Source of the DNA: Candidatus Multivoradales bacterium
GTDB taxonomy: Bacteria; Acidobacteriota; Thermoanaerobaculia; Multivoradales; JAHEKO01
Length of the DNA: 64,000 nucleotides
Direction of reading: 5' to 3'
NCBI GenBank assembly: GCA_965248055.1
Contig: CBDFIJ010000004.1
Coordinates: 800,001 to 864,000 of the forward strand
Below are positions 26,985 to 37,800 of the stretch, one piece after another (the stretch's first letter is position 1; every line of letters starts with the position of its first letter). The notes beneath the pieces were generated by a model that searched no databases, had not been told where the DNA came from, and saw only the letters and a program-made list of their open reading frames with translations. The translations under genes and the position numbers were made by a program.

Positions 26985-29234
26985 CTACTCGGGTTCTACC
27001 ACGCAGAACCCGACAAAGTCGCTGGCCGAGTGACCGGATCTGCAACTAGCGATCGTGCGGTCACGCACCAATAGGCGAACGGTGTAGCCACAGGCTGGCA
27101 GGCTGCTGGTGTCCAGCTGCCAGCTACCTGCTTCTCCACTGCCAAGCACTCCATGATTGTAGTAACTGCGGAAACTCGGAGTGGGTATTACGCCATGCAC
27201 GTTGCCATTGATCTTGGCAGGCTGGAGTTGCAGGTGCAGTTCCTTGAAGTGATCGTCTGGGGCATCAGTTGCGGTGTAATTGCCGTGGATGACATCGCCG
27301 ATCTGGAAAGTAGAACAATCCACTGCCGGCTGAATCTTTCCACCTTTGCTCGAAAACCCTGTGATTTCCAGCTCAGCAAACGGCAGAGTCTGATCCAGCT
27401 TCACTTTGACGTTCTGCCTCGTGCTGCTATCCGCCACGCACTTCGTGACCCCTGCCAGATAGTAGTTGTTCAGCGAATCCTTAGCGCGAATCATGATCTC
27501 CCACAGTCCGCTGCCATAGGAGGTTGAATTCCATTGAGCAAGCTGACGATTGGGCGAGATCACCCGCCGCCACTTGCCAGGAGACGTTCCATACTCACGG
27601 TAGGTGTAGTAGCCGTCAGCCGTATCCACTTTTTGGATAAATGGGTAACTGATCGGGGTGCTCCCACCAGTGCTCTCTTGAATGGTGACCTTAAAGTCGT
27701 TGGCCAGAGCCTGGTACGACCCTTTAGGCGTGCCGTTGTTGTTGAGCGGACGCACCCAAATCTTGTACTTGAGGGTGTCGGCCGCGTTGAGCGCCGGAGC
27801 GGCGGGGATCTCACCTTGAATGTTGATCCCACCGCCGTAGGGTCGATCTAGGTTATCCAATCCGCTTCCCTGGTTGATCGAGCAAACATCCTGATTGCAC
27901 AAGCTGTAGAGAAATGGGGTGTAGTCGCCATCCTCGATCGCGTTGCCAGCCCGGATTTGCACCAACGTTTGCTCCCGGTTACCCCAGGTGGGCACGTAGT
28001 TCGGGTTGTTGCAAGGGGGTGCTGATTGCCAGGAAAGAATGGCTCGAATCGGCACCAGCCGCGGCCCCTCCTCGCAGTTTCGGCGATAGGGGTTCAAGTT
28101 AACCGGCACCTGCAAAGAGTATTCGAGGCCCTCATCGGGGATTCTGTCGATGTCGTAGACCTTCACCTGGGCAGTGCCAAGACAGGTCTCAAAGGTGCCG
28201 TTGTTGTCGAAATCTCCCCAGAACGTGACGTACTCAGTACTACCGTCGGTACATGGATCTCCCGAATAGCCCGCAGGCTTCTTGACCCTGATGATCGCCA
28301 CCAGTTCGTCCCGTTCGTTGTCTAATCCAACGCATTCGAGTTCTTCATATCTGGTGTTGCCGTCTGAAGATGGCAGGTTAACCAGCAGGTCCGAGATATC
28401 GATGTCCAGGTCCTGGAAGATGCTGGTCGATTCCGCCGTGACAAGCTTTTCCAGTAGTCCAGGCGTATCCAGCATCTTTTGCACATGCGCAAAACCGAAG
28501 CGGCGCGGTTCCACCCTGCCCTGATACAACTTGGCGAGGTCTGCCAAGGCGAGTTGCTTCGGCTTAGCCAGCGTCAGGGTCTGCGATGAATCCACCAACG
28601 GGGCAAACGTTGAGTCCAACGTGAACTCGCTCTCGTCCAATAACTCACCAACCGTAATGTCCGCCTTGAAGGGATCGACCAGGATGTGGGTGTTGTGCAC
28701 CTCGCCCCACACCGGCTGAAAGTTGGGTTGGTCTGCCGGTGGCTCGAAGTTCCACGACAGAATCGCCCGTGCCAAAATCGTGTTCTCGACATGACACCAA
28801 CGTTTGCGCGGTGCGACTTCGATTGCTACCGCGTACTCAAGCCGTTTTCGCCCTTCTGTTTCCTGTGGAATGTTGTAGGCGGTGAAATTGGTTACCCCTT
28901 GATCTTTCCAGGTGACGCCTCCGTCAAACGACAGATAGAAGCGAACGTACTCGGGCGTTCCTGCAGTACAAATATCGCCGCCATATCCTGACGGTTGGTT
29001 GACGAAAACCACCGCTTCGAGCCGATTGAGCTGAGGCTGAAAACCGACACATCCGATCTCTTCGTAGCTGGTGTTGCCGCTGATCTCAGCTTCTGCACTG
29101 AGCTCGCTGGCCTCCAGATTACCGAAGTAGTTGGGGTTCTTCAGGAGTAACTTTTTGAAACCCCGGCGGAACTTGAGGGTCTTTCCCGATACTTCGACGC
29201 CGTCGTGCGAGTCGTCTTGTTTCTTAGTTGCCAT
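26985..29234 (-). CDS. Cys-rich hypothetical protein (749 aa) with a tandemly duplicated ~135-aa domain
   Basis: GNTSYEEIGCVG...GTPEYVRF...RAILSW...PVWG repeated as GNTRYEELECVG...GSTEYVTF...RAILSW...PTWG; RBS aagga. Confidence 0.85.
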   Translation of the reverse strand: MATKKQDDSHDGVEVSGKTLKFRRGFKKLLLKNPNYFGNLEASELSAEAEISGNTSYEEIGCVGFQPQLNRLEAVVFVNQPSGYGGDICTAGTPEYVRFYLSFDGGVTWKDQGVTNFTAYNIPQETEGRKRLEYAVAIEVAPRKRWCHVENTILARAILSWNFEPPADQPNFQPVWGEVHNTHILVDPFKADITVGELLDESEFTLDSTFAPLVDSSQTLTLAKPKQLALADLAKLYQGRVEPRRFGFAHVQKMLDTPGLLEKLVTAESTSIFQDLDIDISDLLVNLPSSDGNTRYEELECVGLDNERDELVAIIRVKKPAGYSGDPCTDGSTEYVTFWGDFDNNGTFETCLGTAQVKVYDIDRIPDEGLEYSLQVPVNLNPYRRNCEEGPRLVPIRAILSWQSAPPCNNPNYVPTWGNREQTLVQIRAGNAIEDGDYTPFLYSLCNQDVCSINQGSGLDNLDRPYGGGINIQGEIPAAPALNAADTLKYKIWVRPLNNNGTPKGSYQALANDFKVTIQESTGGSTPISYPFIQKVDTADGYYTYREYGTSPGKWRRVISPNRQLAQWNSTSYGSGLWEIMIRAKDSLNNYYLAGVTKCVADSSTRQNVKVKLDQTLPFAELEITGFSSKGGKIQPAVDCSTFQIGDVIHGNYTATDAPDDHFKELHLQLQPAKINGNVHGVIPTPSFRSYYNHGVLGSGEAGSWQLDTSSLPACGYTVRLLVRDRTIASCRSGHSASDFVGFCVVEPE

Positions 29235-29493
29235 GATTCGTTCCTTCTCTAGTTTCGTTGCACGGATTGGCAGACCGACCGATTTATCCGAAAGCCAACC
29301 AATGCAGGGTTATTTCGCACTTCATCTCCTAGATAGTGGGCGGCGAGACCAAGGTCTAGCGACTTCTTTGTTCTGCGAGGCTGATCACCGCCCACTCTTG
29401 GGGTCACGCCTAGTAATGGTCCGATCAGCGAGGGGTTTGTTTACCTTGTTGCTCAAATAGGTGAGAGCAACTTCGCCGGGACTGTCCAAGACA

Positions 29494-31373
29494 ATCGACA
29501 TAGGTAGGCCCTCACGGGCTTTCCCTGTCACACCACCGTGCGTACGGGTCCGTACACGGCGGTTCGGTGAGGTTGAGCTTTAGTGACGAGGATCAAGTCG
29601 AAGGAGTCCAAGGGAATCAAAAGTGGCATTGGGCAACGCGAAACTCAGCGCCGGGCTGCAGCTGATCCGCCAAGGACCACGAAGACTCCCGGCTGTCTTT
29701 GCAGCCAGATCGTGCCCCACGTCCAGGCGGCGCAGCTGTGCAAACCGACGGCGCCCATTTCGCCATTGTTTCCAGACACAACAGCGCAAGCGCCGCCGCA
29801 TCCACGAGTCGAGGTGTCCTAATACCGAAGGTGTCTCGCAGAAACCGTAGTACTGAATCCACCCTCTCAGGTAGCGATTCAGCACCACGATCCTGTGCTC
29901 AAGACTCACGCTCCGGTTGCGGCGCGTCAGATCCCGGACTTTCCTTTTAAAGCGCGAGCGAGCCGACGGCGATATTCGCCGTCTTGGCTCATCTCCGTAG
30001 GTAAAGCTAAAACCCAGAAACGATCGCTTCGATGGCCGAGCCACTGCACTCTTCGCTTTATTAATCTTAAGCTTGAGCTTCTTCTCGATGAAGCGCCTAA
30101 TACTCTCCATCACACGGTGACCTGCTCGTTCGCTCTTTACGTAGACGTTACAGTCATCCGCATAGCGCACGAAGCGGTGTCCCCGATGCTCCAACTCTCG
30201 ATCCAAAACGTCGAGCACAAGATTCGACAATAGAGGCGACAATGGGCCGCCTTGCGGCGTCCCTTCACGCGTCACAACAACCAGCCCGTTCTCCATCACT
30301 CCGGCGTTCAGGTATGACCGCAGGAGCTTGAGCAAGCGTTTGTCCATCACCCGGTCCGCCACACGCGCCATCAGTTGATCGTGGTTCACTCGATCGAAGA
30401 ACTTCTCCACATCGAGATCCACCACCCACTCGTAACCCGCCGCAACATACTGCTGCGCTTGGGCCACCGCCTGATGCGCCGAGCGACCCGGACGAAAACC
30501 AAAACTGTGCTCGGAAAACGTCGGATCCCAGAGTGGCTGCAAAACCTGGAGGATCGCCTGTTGAATCAGGCGGTCCAGCACGGTCGGTACCCCGAGCTTT
30601 CTCACCCCGCCACCCGGCTTGGGGATTTCCACCCTTTTGACCGGTTGCGGACGATATTCGCCCGAGAGAAGCTGCTCTCGAATCCTTGACCAATGATCCC
30701 GCAGGTAATCAGAAAGCTCCGAGACTCTCATCCCGTCGACTCCTGGACCACCGCGGTTTCTACCGACTCGTTGCAATGCTCTCTTCAAATTCTCGCCTGA
30801 GACCACCTCCTCCATCAATCCCTTGCCACCCGCCGGACTTTCGTTTCCTCGATTCGCCGTAGATACTTCGGTCCCTTCCGAGGACGCGCTCGGGGCTTCA
30901 CCCCCAACACCGTCTTCAAAGGCCAGCTCTAGCTGGATCTTCTGCCGCTTGCTATCCATGAAAATCAAAGCCTATTCATCCTGACTCACCGTTCGGGCCT
31001 TCGGTCTCCTGAAAAAAAACCTACTATGCCCTCTGCTGACTTCTGCGATGCGGTCAAAGCACCTCACGGTGCTCCCAGTCCCCTTTGCAAAGAGACACAT
31101 CGCAGACCTCCCGAGGTAAGTTCAACCACCTTCACCGCACACACGCCGGATTTACAGCCCAGACGCTTGATGGGTATGGACTTCGTGACCTCTTGCTCAC
31201 TCGTCCCACCTGGACTGCCTCGTATCCGATTCCTGTTCGTCGTGTCGCGGTTTTGCTCCACACTGCCTTCAGACCAGACCTCACGATCTCGCCCTTGTGC
31301 TTCGCTAGCACTTCACCTCCATCTGGTTGTGCAGGGACTCGCACCCATAAGTTGTTGAACATGCTCGGCACAC
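29494..31373 (-). mobile_element. Group II intron, class IIC-like, apparently complete (1880 nt)
   Basis: 5' GTGTGCCGAGCATG; domain V GAACCGCCGTGTACGGACCCGTACGCACGGTGGTGT; domain VI ending ...TATGTCGAT; inserted directly after a terminator U-tract. Confidence 0.9.
29580..30959 (-). CDS. ltrA: Group II intron reverse transcriptase/maturase, no endonuclease domain
   Basis: PGVDG, IPKPGGGVRKLGVPTVLDR, SFGFRPGRSAH, GTPQGGPLSP, RYADD and FLGF motifs; maturase X domain. Confidence 0.95.
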   Translation of the reverse strand: MDSKRQKIQLELAFEDGVGGEAPSASSEGTEVSTANRGNESPAGGKGLMEEVVSGENLKRALQRVGRNRGGPGVDGMRVSELSDYLRDHWSRIREQLLSGEYRPQPVKRVEIPKPGGGVRKLGVPTVLDRLIQQAILQVLQPLWDPTFSEHSFGFRPGRSAHQAVAQAQQYVAAGYEWVVDLDVEKFFDRVNHDQLMARVADRVMDKRLLKLLRSYLNAGVMENGLVVVTREGTPQGGPLSPLLSNLVLDVLDRELEHRGHRFVRYADDCNVYVKSERAGHRVMESIRRFIEKKLKLKINKAKSAVARPSKRSFLGFSFTYGDEPRRRISPSARSRFKRKVRDLTRRNRSVSLEHRIVVLNRYLRGWIQYYGFCETPSVLGHLDSWMRRRLRCCVWKQWRNGRRRFAQLRRLDVGHDLAAKTAGSLRGPWRISCSPALSFALPNATFDSLGLLRLDPRH

Positions 31374-31401
31374 AAAAAAGAGCGCTGCAACTCGCAGCAC
31401 C
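31374..31401 (-). terminator. Intrinsic terminator, the intron target site
   Basis: Minus strand GGTGCTGC-GAGTT-GCAGCGCTC-TTTTTT immediately before the intron 5' end. Confidence 0.8.
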
Positions 31402-31485
31402 ATGGGAAATCAGACTTGTACCGCCACGCTATTCGGCGGAACCACAATTTCGGTCTATTCTGTTATCAACGTTGCCCAACCATTA

Positions 31486-31630
31486 TCATCCACGACCCCG
31501 AAACTGCCAGGTGATCCGTCCGACTTCTTCTCCTCGATAGAGCTGGCGAATGGCCAAACTATGGCTGTCAGCGATCTCCTCTCCGGAGATCCGAAATCGA
31601 CACTTAGACCGAGCCCCGGCAAGTTTCGAA
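31486..31630 (-). pseudogene. Orphan copy of the S8 peptidase C-terminus
   Basis: Translates ...KCRFRISGEEIADSHSLAIRQLYRGEEVGRITWQFRGRG*, versus the S8 end RCHFKLRNTDGLRVGHSLAIRQLYRGEEVGRITWRFSR*. Confidence 0.8.
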
Positions 31631-32011
31631 GTGGTGCGTGCCACATCATGGGTTAATCACGCCAGCAGTTCTGCGACATCCGGCGCAAACACCGAACCTA
31701 TGAAGATGGGGGGCTTATCAATCGCTTGCCAGGGTCTAGCAAACCCCCACCCTAATTGAGTCTCAGAGAAGATTGAGAAACCAGTGTCGACTACTGCCTC
31801 AGGTACCCAACTCACGGTGCACTGCGAGATGCTCAGCAACCCGTCCTGGAAGGAATCCAAGTTTCCTCGACCAGAGTTGGTGACGTTTGAGCGCATCATA
31901 AGCTTCCGACCAAGCATGAGCACTGCTGGAGGCTGCACAAGAAAAGGGCGCTGCCAGCGCAGCGCCCAAAGCTTTCCTACCAAACCATGGGATTCACGAA
32001 TCCTATATTGA

Positions 32012-34786
32012 TCATCGACTAAACCGCCAAGTAATCCGGCCGACTTCTTCGCCCCGATAGAGCTGCCGAATGGCGAGGCTATGCCCAACTCGAAGGCCAT
32101 CGGTGTTGCGTAGCTTGAAGTGGCAGCGAAAATCGATAGCAGCCGGCAGAGGCGTGCTGCCAAGAGAAAGATTCGGTTGTTTGCCCAGGTGAATAGTGGC
32201 CAGGTCAGCCCCGCCGACAATTGCCTTTTGTAACCGCCCGCGTGAGAATTTATAAGCCAACGGCAAAGGTGCTTCGAACTCCACCTGGGTCTCCCAAGGC
32301 AGCTTCTGGATCACTTCAAATTCAAACAAACGCGGGGCGTCCGGGGTGCCATTGATGTCGAAAGTGAGATCGACGGGTTCCTGATTGACGTCGCTTGGAA
32401 CCTCAACCCCATAGACATTGCGCACGGAGACATTTCGTTGGCGACGCATCATGCGTAAGTAGCGACCCCAATGGAAGTTCAACTTATGACACGGAACCGG
32501 TCCCTCCTCGCCACCCTTGTACTGCGCCACCGCTACCAAGCACTTGCGCTCGTTGATGTCAAAAGGGACCGAGTCGCTGAGCGAAAAGACATCTCCTTGC
32601 GGCACATTGGAAATCGAAAGGCTAGACGCGTCGGGTGTTGAGGCAGTGGGAGGAAACTGGCGCCACCGATCCGGGGTCACTAAGGTTGACACCGGCGCCT
32701 GGTAAATCTCGCACGACACCTCGGTCGCTTCTCGCAAACCACGGTTACAGACGCGGACTTGAATATTCTTCGTCCCCGGTGACTCGAGTCCAACCTCAAA
32801 AACGTCCTGATTACTGAAAATACCGCGGCCAATAAAATCGTTCGACTCATCGCCATCTGCTCGCAGCAAGATGTCCGGCGAGCAGAATTTCCTCCTGCTC
32901 GACTGGCCGTCGTCACCCAAATGATCTCTAAGATAGACCTGTGGCACGATACCCAACGATCGTTCTACAACTAAGCGCAGGTTGGGCATCACTCCGATCC
33001 AGCCACGCCTTCCTCTGCCTTGACGGGTTCCCGTTCGGGGCTCTGACAGCAGGGAACGCATCTGGGTTGGCGACAGTCTCTTCCACTTCTCCTCGCCGGT
33101 CGCGGGTGACGCGTTCTGAGCATAGAGGCTCTGTACCAAGGCGGCGGCGCCAGCAATCATCGGCGCAGCGCTGCTGGTCCCCGAAAAGGTATCGGTATAG
33201 GAACTGGTGTCTATTCCGTCGGAAAAATTTCCGTAACCGGCGGCCACCACACTGTCTCCCCAGCCGAAGCAATCCACCCGTCCACCGTAATTGGAATACC
33301 AGGAACGGTTGTGAGGCACCGCTGATCGAGCTGCTCCAACCAGGATCGCCCCCGAATCAACAAAATATGGGCTTCGTCGATTCAGCGAGCGACCATCTAC
33401 GGTTTCCAAGCGATCAAGGTTGAGCCAGCCATTACCGGCGGCTTCCACCACGATGATGCCGTGGGCGACCGCCAGGCGGATAGCGTCAAAAGTCAACGGG
33501 TTGACCTCTTCTGGTTGACCCGCACGTTGCACTTCGAGCAGCAATACGTCTCCCGGTTTCAGCACCGGAGTGTCTCCGGTGATCAACGCCGCGATCGCGT
33601 CCGCCACGCGTCCGCTGGAAGCTGAGGCGTCGCCGTCACCCTTCTTGTAGTGAGACGCCAGCGAAAGAGTGGCAACCCCGGAGGCAATTCCAATAACTCC
33701 GAGCTGATTATCGTGATTGCCAACCAATTGACTGGTGACGGCGGTGCCATGATCTCCCAGGTAAAGATCGGGCTCAAGGTGGCGATTATCGCCATGCTTA
33801 AGTAACGGATTGGGCAGGTCCTCATGACCCGGAATCCAACCCTGCTCAATGTCGGCGAGGCCGATTCTCACCGCGTTGGAGGCCAGATGAGCTCGGGCCC
33901 AACGCACCCCCAAACCTAATGGAGCTTCATCTAAGTACAACTGGAAATCGGACAGCTCTTCAGCAGAAGGCTCTTCGCCAGCTCCAGAGCCAGGTAGGTG
34001 GTCGGGGTCAGAGGCCTCGAACTCGCGGTACGCCAGATCCACGACACTCAAAGCGTTTAGCTGCTCAACTAGATGATCTGCGACGGCGTCACTCGAATGC
34101 GGTAACCCGTGTTCAGGAAGCACTTCATTACCGTTCGCTTCAATCGGCGGCAGGTTGCGTGCGTTGAGCCGCCAATAGGACCACAGACTGTGGCGAGGCG
34201 GAAAATTACTGCTAATCGCCTTGCGCTCCAGTTCATTGAGAGATCCCCCCAACTCCGAACCACAAGCCGCATCATCGAGATCGGCGCCCGGACCACCAGC
34301 TCGATCAGTCGTAATCGCTCGCCCAAAATCTGGCTGACCAAATCGTTCTAGAACGGTTTCCAGCTCGGCCAAAGCGAGCAAGGTTGCGCTTTCCGAGGTT
34401 GGAATCAGGGGTGAGAGACGGACGATGACATCGCCACTGTAGCGTTGCTCCAAAACTGGAATGCCTGTGTTCTCGGTTCCGATCGGTTTGGGAGGGCCTA
34501 GTTGCGCAATGCGGAGGGCCTGCGTGTGCCCCTGACAATGAGCGTCATCAAAATCGGGGTCATCAGGGGGGAGATCACGATCAGGGTCTGGCGGTCGTGG
34601 ATCGTCGGGCGGGAGATCACGCTCGGGATCTGGAGGACTTGGATCGTCAGGTGGGAGATCACGCTCAGGATCTGGAGACCTTGGATCGTCAGGTGGGAGA
34701 TCACGCTCAGGGTCTGGAGGACTTGGATCATCAGGTTCGATATTCCTGCCAAGAAGCCCGAACCTCGCGCCTTGCTGTTTACTCAT
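32012..34786 (-). CDS. S8 (subtilase) serine peptidase with Pro/Asp-rich N-terminal repeats and C-terminal beta domains; no obvious signal peptide
   Basis: Triad motifs LADIEQGW, DHGTAV and FSGTSSAAP; oxyanion EAAGNG; RBS aggaggag. Confidence 0.92.
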   Translation of the reverse strand: MSKQQGARFGLLGRNIEPDDPSPPDPERDLPPDDPRSPDPERDLPPDDPSPPDPERDLPPDDPRPPDPDRDLPPDDPDFDDAHCQGHTQALRIAQLGPPKPIGTENTGIPVLEQRYSGDVIVRLSPLIPTSESATLLALAELETVLERFGQPDFGRAITTDRAGGPGADLDDAACGSELGGSLNELERKAISSNFPPRHSLWSYWRLNARNLPPIEANGNEVLPEHGLPHSSDAVADHLVEQLNALSVVDLAYREFEASDPDHLPGSGAGEEPSAEELSDFQLYLDEAPLGLGVRWARAHLASNAVRIGLADIEQGWIPGHEDLPNPLLKHGDNRHLEPDLYLGDHGTAVTSQLVGNHDNQLGVIGIASGVATLSLASHYKKGDGDASASSGRVADAIAALITGDTPVLKPGDVLLLEVQRAGQPEEVNPLTFDAIRLAVAHGIIVVEAAGNGWLNLDRLETVDGRSLNRRSPYFVDSGAILVGAARSAVPHNRSWYSNYGGRVDCFGWGDSVVAAGYGNFSDGIDTSSYTDTFSGTSSAAPMIAGAAALVQSLYAQNASPATGEEKWKRLSPTQMRSLLSEPRTGTRQGRGRRGWIGVMPNLRLVVERSLGIVPQVYLRDHLGDDGQSSRRKFCSPDILLRADGDESNDFIGRGIFSNQDVFEVGLESPGTKNIQVRVCNRGLREATEVSCEIYQAPVSTLVTPDRWRQFPPTASTPDASSLSISNVPQGDVFSLSDSVPFDINERKCLVAVAQYKGGEEGPVPCHKLNFHWGRYLRMMRRQRNVSVRNVYGVEVPSDVNQEPVDLTFDINGTPDAPRLFEFEVIQKLPWETQVEFEAPLPLAYKFSRGRLQKAIVGGADLATIHLGKQPNLSLGSTPLPAAIDFRCHFKLRNTDGLRVGHSLAIRQLYRGEEVGRITWRFSR
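34556..34737 (-). repeat. Coding tandem repeat, 42-nt unit (PPDDP[S/R]PPDPERDL), about 4.3 copies
   Basis: Visible in both DNA and translation. Confidence 0.9.
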
Positions 34787-34853
34787 GATTCTCCTCCTTC
34801 TAGGTTGATACTTGCTCCGACGTACCAATAGATCCCTAACGCAATCGGCAGGT

Positions 34854-37800
34854 TTACTCGCTGGCCGGAAACATTGCTAGATACTCACCTTGCAAGACCA
34901 AGCCGGCCCAGTAGTAGGGCGCCCGTTGCTCGCGCCACAAGGAGATCTGCGCCGCCCGTAGCGCCGCAGAAGGCGAAGAACCAACCACAAACAGCTCTCG
35001 ATAGAACCGCTCCATCAGCTCGGCCGTGCTCCGGTCTTCGACACTCCAGAGGCCTGCGACCACACGCTGGGCGCCTGCGTATGTCAATGCCCGGGTCATC
35101 CCCACCAAGCCTTCGCCTTTGACCTCTTTTCCCAACGCGGTGCGGCAGCCACTCAAGACAACCAGATCCGCCGACAGACGCAGATTGTAGAGTTCGTGAG
35201 CGCGCAGAAAACCATCCTGGTCTGCACCGCTACGGTCGACCAGGGAAAAGACGATGCCAGAGAGGCCAGGGCGGTTGGAGTCAAGGACCGCGTGGGTCGC
35301 TAGGTGGATGATTCGATAGTCGGCTAGCACACCATCCAAGACCAGTTTCTTGGTGGCCTCGAAATCGAATGCTTGAAAAGACGATCCTCTCGGCGCGATA
35401 GCCAAAATGGAGTTCGCCTCCCGACGCGAAAAAGGTAGCCGCTGGTATTCACCGGCACCGCTAACCTCGATCGGTCTGGTGCCTTGTGTCCGACTACGAG
35501 GGGCAGTTGCAGCTGAGACTCCATCCAGCCGTCGATCCGCCTGCGAAAAGACCGGATCAGCTATCACAGCGACGACTCCCTTAGGACGCGGCCGTCCTTC
35601 GGTCTCTTTGCGCTGGAGGGCGAGGGTCGACGCCGATGGTAGATAAGTTGTTTGGTTGGCCAGCAACAGAGGCCGGGCTGCCCAACACTGTCCGAGATCC
35701 CTCGGGTCGGCCAGGGCGCCAAACGGCAGATACTGGAGGGCGCCGTGGGCGACGATCACCAGTTGATTGTCTTTGAGGCGGTCGGCGATTGGCTGGACCA
35801 GGATCCGACTCAAGTCGCAGAGGGCATCCTGTACGGCTCGTCGAGCTTCCGGACGATGGCTGGTCGCCAGCAACCGATGGGTGCGCATTACCTTCCGTTC
35901 CAGTTCCTCCCTGCCGGGCAATTCGAAGCTGGAAAGAGAGTGCGGCGACACGAGAAAGAGGAAGCTGCGTTCAACGCCTAGCCAGTACTCGAGCAGGAGA
36001 GTCTCTTTGCCCAGGACCGATCCCCTTATTTCGTCAAGGGCGAGGGTCTGCGGTTGTGTTAGCGCGGCATAGTGGGGGCTTTTACGTCGTATCTTGGCTC
36101 GCAACTGGCCAAGCTCGTCGAGTAGCCGCCGTACTTCCCTTGTGGCCCCGGCGCGCTCTTCGTCACTCCGCCTTCGATCCTGATAGAGATTCAGGCGATA
36201 TCGCTCGGCGACATTGACCGCGTTCTGCAACTCCAGTTCGTGTTCGACCAAGCCGGGATCTACACCCGCGCGGACCTCCGCCCCAGACTCATCGAGCAGA
36301 TCCAACAGCCCACGCGCTCGAGCACGCTCGCTCGCCGCCAATGCTTTTGCATCGTGGCCAGCCGACGGCATCAGCCGGTGCAAATCCATCTGCAAGTCAA
36401 TGTAGAACTCAAAGTAGGGCTGCGCTCGGGCGAAGAAGGAGTGGCTCAGATCATCGCTAAAGCTCCTGGGCCGGACTGACTCCATGAGCTCAATAGCCGC
36501 CTCAACGGCCGTGACCGCCCCGGACAGCTCTCCGCGGCGCCTCTCGGACCCTGCCAATCCCAACAAACTCTCAGCTTCGCCAGTGAGATCCCCAACCTGC
36601 CGACAGAGCTTGAGTGACTGCGTGTACAACGAGAACGCTTCGTCGGGGTTGGTGAGGGCGCCTAAATTGCGCAGCAGGCGCGACTCCGCCACCGGCGACC
36701 AAGTGGCCCCTAAACGTAAGAGTTCGAGGGCTTTCCGGTACAAGTCCGCCGCCTCGCCCTGCTCGCCCAAAGCCTGTCGTAGCTCGCCTAGGCTGGTCAG
36801 GATCGCTACTTGCCCGCTGCTATGCCCGGTCTCGCGCCGTAACTCAAGCGCATCGTTGAAGTCCCGTTCCGCAGTTCCTAGATTGCCGAGTACGAGAAAC
36901 AGCCGGCCCCGCTGGTGGATCGAAGCTGCGCGGCCGTTGCTGTTGCCCAGTTTCGCCCAGGTTGCTTCCGCTTCGTTGAAGTGATCCAAGGCCGAATTGG
37001 TTTTCCCCATGGTCCTATAGAGCAGACCCATCTGGTGGAGGGTTCGTGCGCTGGCGGCGGGATTAGCACCGCTCTGCAACAGCCGCCGCGCTTCGCTGTA
37101 TTGTTCCAACGCGGCAGTAACTTGGTCGAGCGCTTGATACGTCTGAGCCAAGTTGACTAAAGTTGTTTCGCGCCAAGCACTTCGGTCTTCAGAAAGGAGT
37201 CCCAGCTGGCGCTGGAAAACTTCCAACGCTCCGCGCGCATCGCCAACCAGATAAAGAGACGTTCCCAATCCCTTGAGCGCGAGCCATTGCCCAGGAGTGT
37301 CACCCGCTTCCCGAAAGCATAGGTCACTTTCACGGTATTTTTCTATGGCTTCACGCCACCTGCCTAACCTCTTGGCGACGAAGCCAATGCGTTCCAGCGT
37401 CTCAGCCCGCCAAAAAACATCGTCCACTTCCCGCCATATTCCAAGCGCCCAGCGATAGCTTTCCTCGGCAGCATCGTAGTCACCTACTAGACTTAGTTCT
37501 TCGCCCCGCTCAACTGCCTTCGCCGCGTCAACCCGGGCCCGGTCTGAAGCCGTCGCTTTCCGCAAGTCGGCTACATTCACTTGGTAGATACCCTTACCTG
37601 GATTCTCGTTGAAGCTTCGCACTTCGATTTGATAAATGCCTTGCTGCACCACGAGTCCAAGCAGTGGCTCATACCCGTGACCTCCAATCGGACGGTCGAT
37701 ACTCCTCGCTACCGCCTCACCTCGTGGATCAAACAAAGTGGTGACCACGTCGATACCGCGCTGGTCAACGACCACCTCAATGAAGTGATCGGCCCTCAAG

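Noticed and set aside
29580-30968. RT considered as retron, DGR or defence RT
   Set aside because: Canonical intron RT/maturase motifs with clear intron 5' end and domains V/VI.
31657-32220. 187-aa ORF in frame with the orphan S8 tail across one TGA (possible readthrough or selenocysteine)
   Set aside because: Its 5' third is an alternative frame of the S8 gene, the rest is not protein-like, and no SECIS-like support is visible.
34556-34737. Periodic repeat considered as a CRISPR array
   Set aside because: Contiguous 42-nt in-frame units with no unique spacers, and no cas genes in the window.
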